Assembly: GCA_051294375.1 (NCBI GenBank)
Contig: CM119266.1
Span: forward strand, 17,416,087-17,480,086
Source of the DNA: Paraspadella gotoi
Lineage: Eukaryota; Animalia; Chaetognatha
DNA length: 64,000 nucleotides
Reading direction: 5' to 3'
Under the pieces are notes generated by a model. That model was not told where the DNA came from, searched no databases, and saw only the letters and a list, made by a program, of their open reading frames with translations. Within the stretch, counting starts at the first letter, position 1, and each line of letters starts with the position of its first letter. Positions 58,388 to 64,000 of the stretch are shown piece after piece. Position numbers and translations under genes: made by a program.

Positions 58388-58427
<40 letters not shown>

Positions 58428-58589
58428 GGTGGGTTTTTCTGATCCTTTTTTTTATCGTGAAATTAATTAAAATTGAAACCAGCAAAACCGAGAGAGAAAG
58501 AGAAATTCCTCAAAAAACTTCTCTCTCTCTCTCGGATCGAAATTTTCGAGATCAAATCCCAAGTGCAACGAAAAAAAAAGCAAGAAAGT

Positions 58590-58720
58590 AAAACCAATTC
58601 GTTCGACCAATCAGAGTTCTTAAAAATCGAGGAAGACAAAGTTTTTCGACAAATGAAAATGTCGCGCCGAATGGCGGCGACCAATCAAAAGACACAATGA
58701 GCCTATTTTGACCAATCGCA
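58590..58720. promoter_or_regulatory. CCAAT-box cluster upstream of the TANC coding region
   Basis: gaCCAATc at 58607, 58681 and 58712, plus CCAAT at 58594. Confidence 0.5.
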
Positions 58721-59081
58721 AAAGAGTGGGAATAGCAGGTTTAAATATTGGGTCTTAAATCTGTTAAGGATTAATGAAATACTTACTTGAAAGAAGTAAG
58801 ATTACGACTAGTTCAATTTTAATGATGAATACTTTCAATAAAAATTAAACGGAAAAAATAAAATGTTTATCGTTGAAAGTTGCAAGTGAACTACACTTGT
58901 TTAGAAATATTTTATTATCAAGTATAAATAAGGCCATACTAATGCATAGAAATTACACTCAATAGATGAAATTTTAAATAGATATTTCAAAAATTATTTT
59001 TATATTTAAAAAAACATTTAAAAAAAAAATTTTATTCCGAAAACTGCAGACAGACAAGGGTCAAAACGAACCCACTCGCAT

Positions 59082-59117
<36 letters not shown>

Positions 59118-59119
59118 GA

Positions 59120-59163
<44 letters not shown>

Positions 59164-59266
59164 AGTGTGTGTGTCTCGAGCCCAGGTTAAAGTTTTTTCC
59201 CCTTTCTCTTTCCAACGTTCGATTCCCAGGACCGATTATCTGTTTTGAGGACCTGCCAATTTCCTT

Positions 59267-59345
<79 letters not shown>

Positions 59346-60834
59346 CAACTAGGAATGGCTCCATCCGATTCTTAGCTTCATTTCTTCGTATTTTATGCCG
59401 CTAAAAAATTATTAAAATGTCAAAAGGGATTAAGACGCTACGTATATTTGATATTTTTTTTAGAATTATTAAATATTTTTATTATCCAAAAAAAGGAACG
59501 AAGGGCGCCAACCGATTCTGTTTTGAGGTAAAAATTTTTTTAAAAAAGGCAAGAGAGAAAAAGTTTACTTTATTTTTGGCAAAAGAAAGAAAAAAGTAAA
59601 CGTTTTCTCTTTTTTGGTTTAGTTTGCAGACACAAGGGAGGGATAGTAAATGGAGCTACTGTGCTACCTTTAATCATCATTTTAGTTAGAAAGCAAATGT
59701 GCAAGACTGATGTCCCTGTAGATTTGTTGATAATCGCAATCTCAGGTTTTGAAGAGCAGGTTCAGGAAAAAAATGGTAGTGTTATAAAAGACTTTCCCTG
59801 CACCAAATAAGTACAAAATTAAGATGATAAGATAAATTAAAATATGATGAAAACATTAAATATTAGATTAAGGCTTCGGGATAGTCCCCATAAGGGTTAG
59901 GTTAGGAAATTTTTTTGGGATTTTGTTAAAGGTTAAAGTTTGGATTAGGGTTAGGATTTAGGGATTTTTGAAATCATTTGGAATTAATTTCGGGGTTTAG
60001 CAACAGAATTGGGGCTCTCTCGGCACATAGTGCCAAAGTTTAAACGAATAGGATACACGCATCCAAAAATCGCAGGCCAGGTTTCTTGTTGTGCAGAATT
60101 AAATTCTTTGTTTTCCTTTTTTGACTTTTTAAGTTGAGACCGCCCAAGGAGTGGGTGAGAGAAGGGAAGCTGAAATAGGCTGAGGATTGATATAATAGAG
60201 TTAATATCGTTACTCTTTTTATGAAAAACTTTGTTGGTATTATTAAAAAGAAACACGTTATTCGGGGCAAGAGAGCTAACGCAAAGTTCCGTGTTCCAGC
60301 CCTGAGGTTAACTCACGGTTCGTACGCCAACCTTCGGAATTGAAGTTTCGCGATGCAAGTTAACTGACAGAAAATCTCATGGACCTATCGGTAAATATTA
60401 AAAGTTATGGTCAAGCTATGGGAGGCTTCAAATAAGTGCCATTACTATGTGAGTCCATAGAATAGAATAGGATACAACTTTCAAATAGTGAGGGGTTTGT
60501 TTTCTTTGACTTCCCTTTTGTCTTTTCTTCTGTTTCTCATTCCGAAGAAGTTATTAAAAACTTTTTCCTTTATAGCAAAAGGGAAAAACTAAAAAAATTC
60601 TCGAATAAAATAGAAATAAAAACATGAAAAAAAACGATAAAAAAATTTAAAAGTTATTTAATTCGAGAAAAAAATTAAATGTATTTTAAAAGATATTACC
60701 TAAATATTTAAAATCGGTAAAACTAATATAAAAAAATATGTAATTTTATCCATTCTTTCCGTAATAGCATTCCACAAAACGACAACTTTATCTAAACAAA
60801 CAACATCTTTACCACAACCAAGTTTTAATCAGAA

Positions 60835-60985
60835 CTAGAAAGAAAAAATCAACGGATCTCCGTGATACGGACAAACCGACATTCGAAAGGTTTGATTGAC
60901 AAACAAGACCCGACAAGACCCGAAGAAAAAGGACAGACCGACAGACCGACTTACGTATGACCTTTGATCTAGTATATAAGCTACG
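60835..60985 (-). mobile_element. Short Helitron-like element
   Basis: Minus strand: (GTCG/GTCT)n tract, then hairpin acgga-ga-tccgt, then CTAG terminus followed by T. Confidence 0.4.
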
Positions 60986-61344
60986 TTTCGAGAAGAAGTA
61001 GGGGAAAACAAAAACAAAGCAGACGTTTTGTTATTGTTTTGTCCATGCTGGTTGATGTTGTTGTTGTTATTGTTGTTATTGTTAAAGGAAGCAGTAACGA
61101 CAAAAATGACATCTTGTGTCAGTAAAAATGAAAAATCGATGAAAAAATTTGTCGATTTTTTTATTTTCTTTTCTATTTTCTTTTCTTTCGGCGGCGGCCC
61201 CTCTTTTCTTGTTTGTGCTTCAAAAATTCCTTTCATGTTTTCTTTTTTTTCTTTTTCTTTTTCTTTTTATCAAACGATTTCTCGACCGTTTTACGGTATT
61301 TTTCTTTCTTTTCTCTTTTAATTTTATGCGTTTCAGTCGATAAT

Positions 61345-61416
<72 letters not shown>

Positions 61417-61524
61417 TTGTTTCGGTGAACGTTGTGATCAGACTTAGCAACGTGGTCGTATTTAGGGTGAGGTCAGGGGAGGTAGACGGTCCGGTCAGTT
61501 GGTTTAACTGTTTTTTATGTGTTT

Positions 61525-61594
<70 letters not shown>

Positions 61595-62386
61595 AAAGAG
61601 GAAAAAAGCTAATGGGAAATGCTGAAATTAGTTCAGATTTAAATAAGCCGAAAAAAGTAAAAAAAGTAATATTATCACAAAGATGGTGCTTAAAATTGTG
61701 GATTAATGAAGAATGAGTGAGAATAAAAAAATATAAATCTGTTTAATCAATGAGAATCAATCAATCAATCAATCAATCAGAATATATAGAATATATATAT
61801 AGATTTAAGAATCGAGAATAAAGTTATACACAATTAATGTTTGTTTAGAACTGCAGAATTGGGGGAAAAATAGATTTTAAAATCAATCATTAATCTGGAA
61901 TCGATATAAACCAGATTCTAGAATCTAGAATGTAAAATGAAGAAAGGTTGAATTAATCAGTCGACGAGTCGGTAAACTAGATTTTAAAATGTAAATCATA
62001 TATCTAGAATCGGTAAACCGGATTCTAGAATCAAAAATCGCTCATTTAGAATCGGGTGTAGAGACTCAAAAAAATCCCAAAGTCAAAAGTCATAAAATCC
62101 GAGGCCGACTCTTGCCGATGCGAGATAACCCCAATGTAAATAATTAACATAAACAGAGAGAGAGAGAATGAGAGAGAGAGACAGACAGACTGTTGGGTCG
62201 TAGATAAACTAATTCCGTACGTTGGTTTATTATTCCGAGCGTTTAGTCCGTGTTAGGAGTTAAAATCCACAAAATAGAAAAGCTTTAGAGAAGTTAATCC
62301 AAGTTTTTTTTTGTATTGAAGGCGCACGGCCATTATTCGCATCGGAAAGGCAAATCGTCTCTGTTTATCGGGTGAAAGAAGAGAAG

Positions 62387-62449
<63 letters not shown>

Positions 62450-62678
62450 AGAGAGAGAAGAGAGAGAGAGAACGGATGCGAAAAAAAATCAGTTTCGTGA
62501 GCAGAAGAAAAAAGTTCTTTTTCATCTTCGATATACTAAACAAAGAGGCAAGAGCAGGCTGTCCTCTCTCTCTTTCTCTTCTCTCTCCTGCCTTGGAGAG
62601 AGTGAGACAGAGGAGGGGTTAAAGAGAGAGACAGAGGGGCCAAAGGGTCGAAAATTCGCCAGACTTTTTCCATGCGCC

Positions 62679-62733
<55 letters not shown>

Positions 62734-62734
62734 G

Positions 62735-62766
<32 letters not shown>

Positions 62767-62774
62767 AATAAGCC

Positions 62775-63047
62775 AACCAATCAGGTTATCAGTGATCTCA
62801 AAAGTCAGCCAATCAGAAACTTTGCTCTGAGAATAGCAAAAAGAGCGAAAAGATGCCCGGCGATAAATTTTTTATTACGTCTGGTACCCTAACGAGCGTG
62901 ATTCCACCAATGAGACGACGAGACGATGAATTCTCGACCAATCAGAGACTCTTCCACTGCTTTCTTCCCCAGACACGATCGAGCCGACGATCGATTTGCG
63001 TTTCGACCAATCGGAATTACGGATTTTCTAGGGGCGACCAATCAGAA
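62775..63047. promoter_or_regulatory. Six-CCAAT-box (NF-Y consensus) cluster, candidate promoter/enhancer
   Basis: CCAAT at 62777, 62809, 62907, 62938, 63007 and 63038, all in the same orientation in a locally CpG-rich patch. Confidence 0.6.
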
Positions 63048-64000
63048 CATCCGAAACTTAAGAAGTTTTAGCTGAGTGTACAATTTTTTTGCCCAAGCAT
63101 TATTTCCTTGCAAGAGGGAGAAGAGAGAGAGAGAGAGAGAGACTTTTTTTGTCAGATGCTCCTTTTATCTGTTTCATTTTATCTTCACTTTACTTTTGGG
63201 AGATGAATTAAGTTTCACTTGATGTCTTTTTATTTTCGATGGTTAATTTATTCAGTTAATGAGATGCTTAATTGACGGTTGGGTCACCGAAGCTCCCTCG
63301 AATATAATTAACTCCCCTTTTTTTTAAAATTCGAACTTTTATTCTTGCATATTACTCCTTTTTTTCTATTTTTATATTTTTTTTCTATTTTACATTATTT
63401 TTATTTTACATTTTTTACCACGCTTTGTGAAGTTTCGAAATTGCTTTCTTCCCATTTCTTTTTGTCTCTTTCTGCTTTTTTTCTTCACTTTATTTTTCTT
63501 TCCCTCTTTCTTTTCAAAACAATCAAATTCGCGCTGCATGTTTGAATTATGCGGGCAAAACCTGAAGATGTTTATAAAATTCTTTCGCCCACAAATGATG
63601 TAAAAGAAAATAAGAAGATTGTGAAGAAAAATGATAGGATTATATATGATTAACAGTATTATTAGGCTCTAGAAGAAACATTTAATGCAAACAGTTATTC
63701 AGTAAAAATTTTAACTAGATAACTAGATTTTAACTAAATTTTAACTAGAATAATAATGATAATAATAATAGTAATAATAATAATACAGTAATAATACAAT
63801 TTTGGACTTAAAAACTAAAATCGCGATCTAATTTGATTTTTTTTTTAAATCGAGTTTCAAAGTTCAATAACCGCGACAGGCAACAGTCATCAGGCATCCA
63901 AATCAAAAAAGGTCGCTTTTTGAATCGGGCCAAAACGGCCTATTTTTGAGACAGGCCAGAAGGCTACTCAGTTGAAGTCATCATTGTCGTCCATGACAAC

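Overview
Eukaryotic, AT-rich invertebrate-animal genomic DNA with spliceosomal introns, abundant (GA)n/(GAAT)n microsatellites and N-gaps. Four intron-containing genes were reconstructed by hand from splice sites and phase matching. (1) The 3' part of a + strand gene encoding about 3 transmembrane helices, a charged repeat linker and a C-terminal 4-EF-hand domain (125-3827). (2) A - strand multi-C2H2 zinc-finger gene (4643-6865). (3) A + strand cytosolic sulfotransferase (7956-10736) with one GC-AG intron. (4) A ~45 kb - strand TANC/rolling-pebbles gene (RING, P-loop NTPase, ankyrin repeats, TPR, C-terminal PDZ ligand ETAL; 11967-57006). The 5' half of TANC occurs in 2-4 near-identical tandem copies (about 26.5-52.3 kb). 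These share one breakpoint, differ mainly by homopolymer indels and contain 25-N gaps, so they are most likely a long-read gap-filling artefact. Introns carry several repeat families: a palindromic MITE with an 8-bp TSD, a MITE with telomere-like interior, a tRNA-derived SINE, Helitron-like elements and an inverted repeat with a hammerhead-like core. The most notable items are the TM+EF-hand architecture, a triplicated CxxC knuckle before the TANC RING, a tandem array of duplicated 5' splice sites, complementary GA/TC tracts at intron ends, and helically phased CCAAT pairs. No prokaryotic systems such as CRISPR are present, and no clearly novel multi-gene system could be established.
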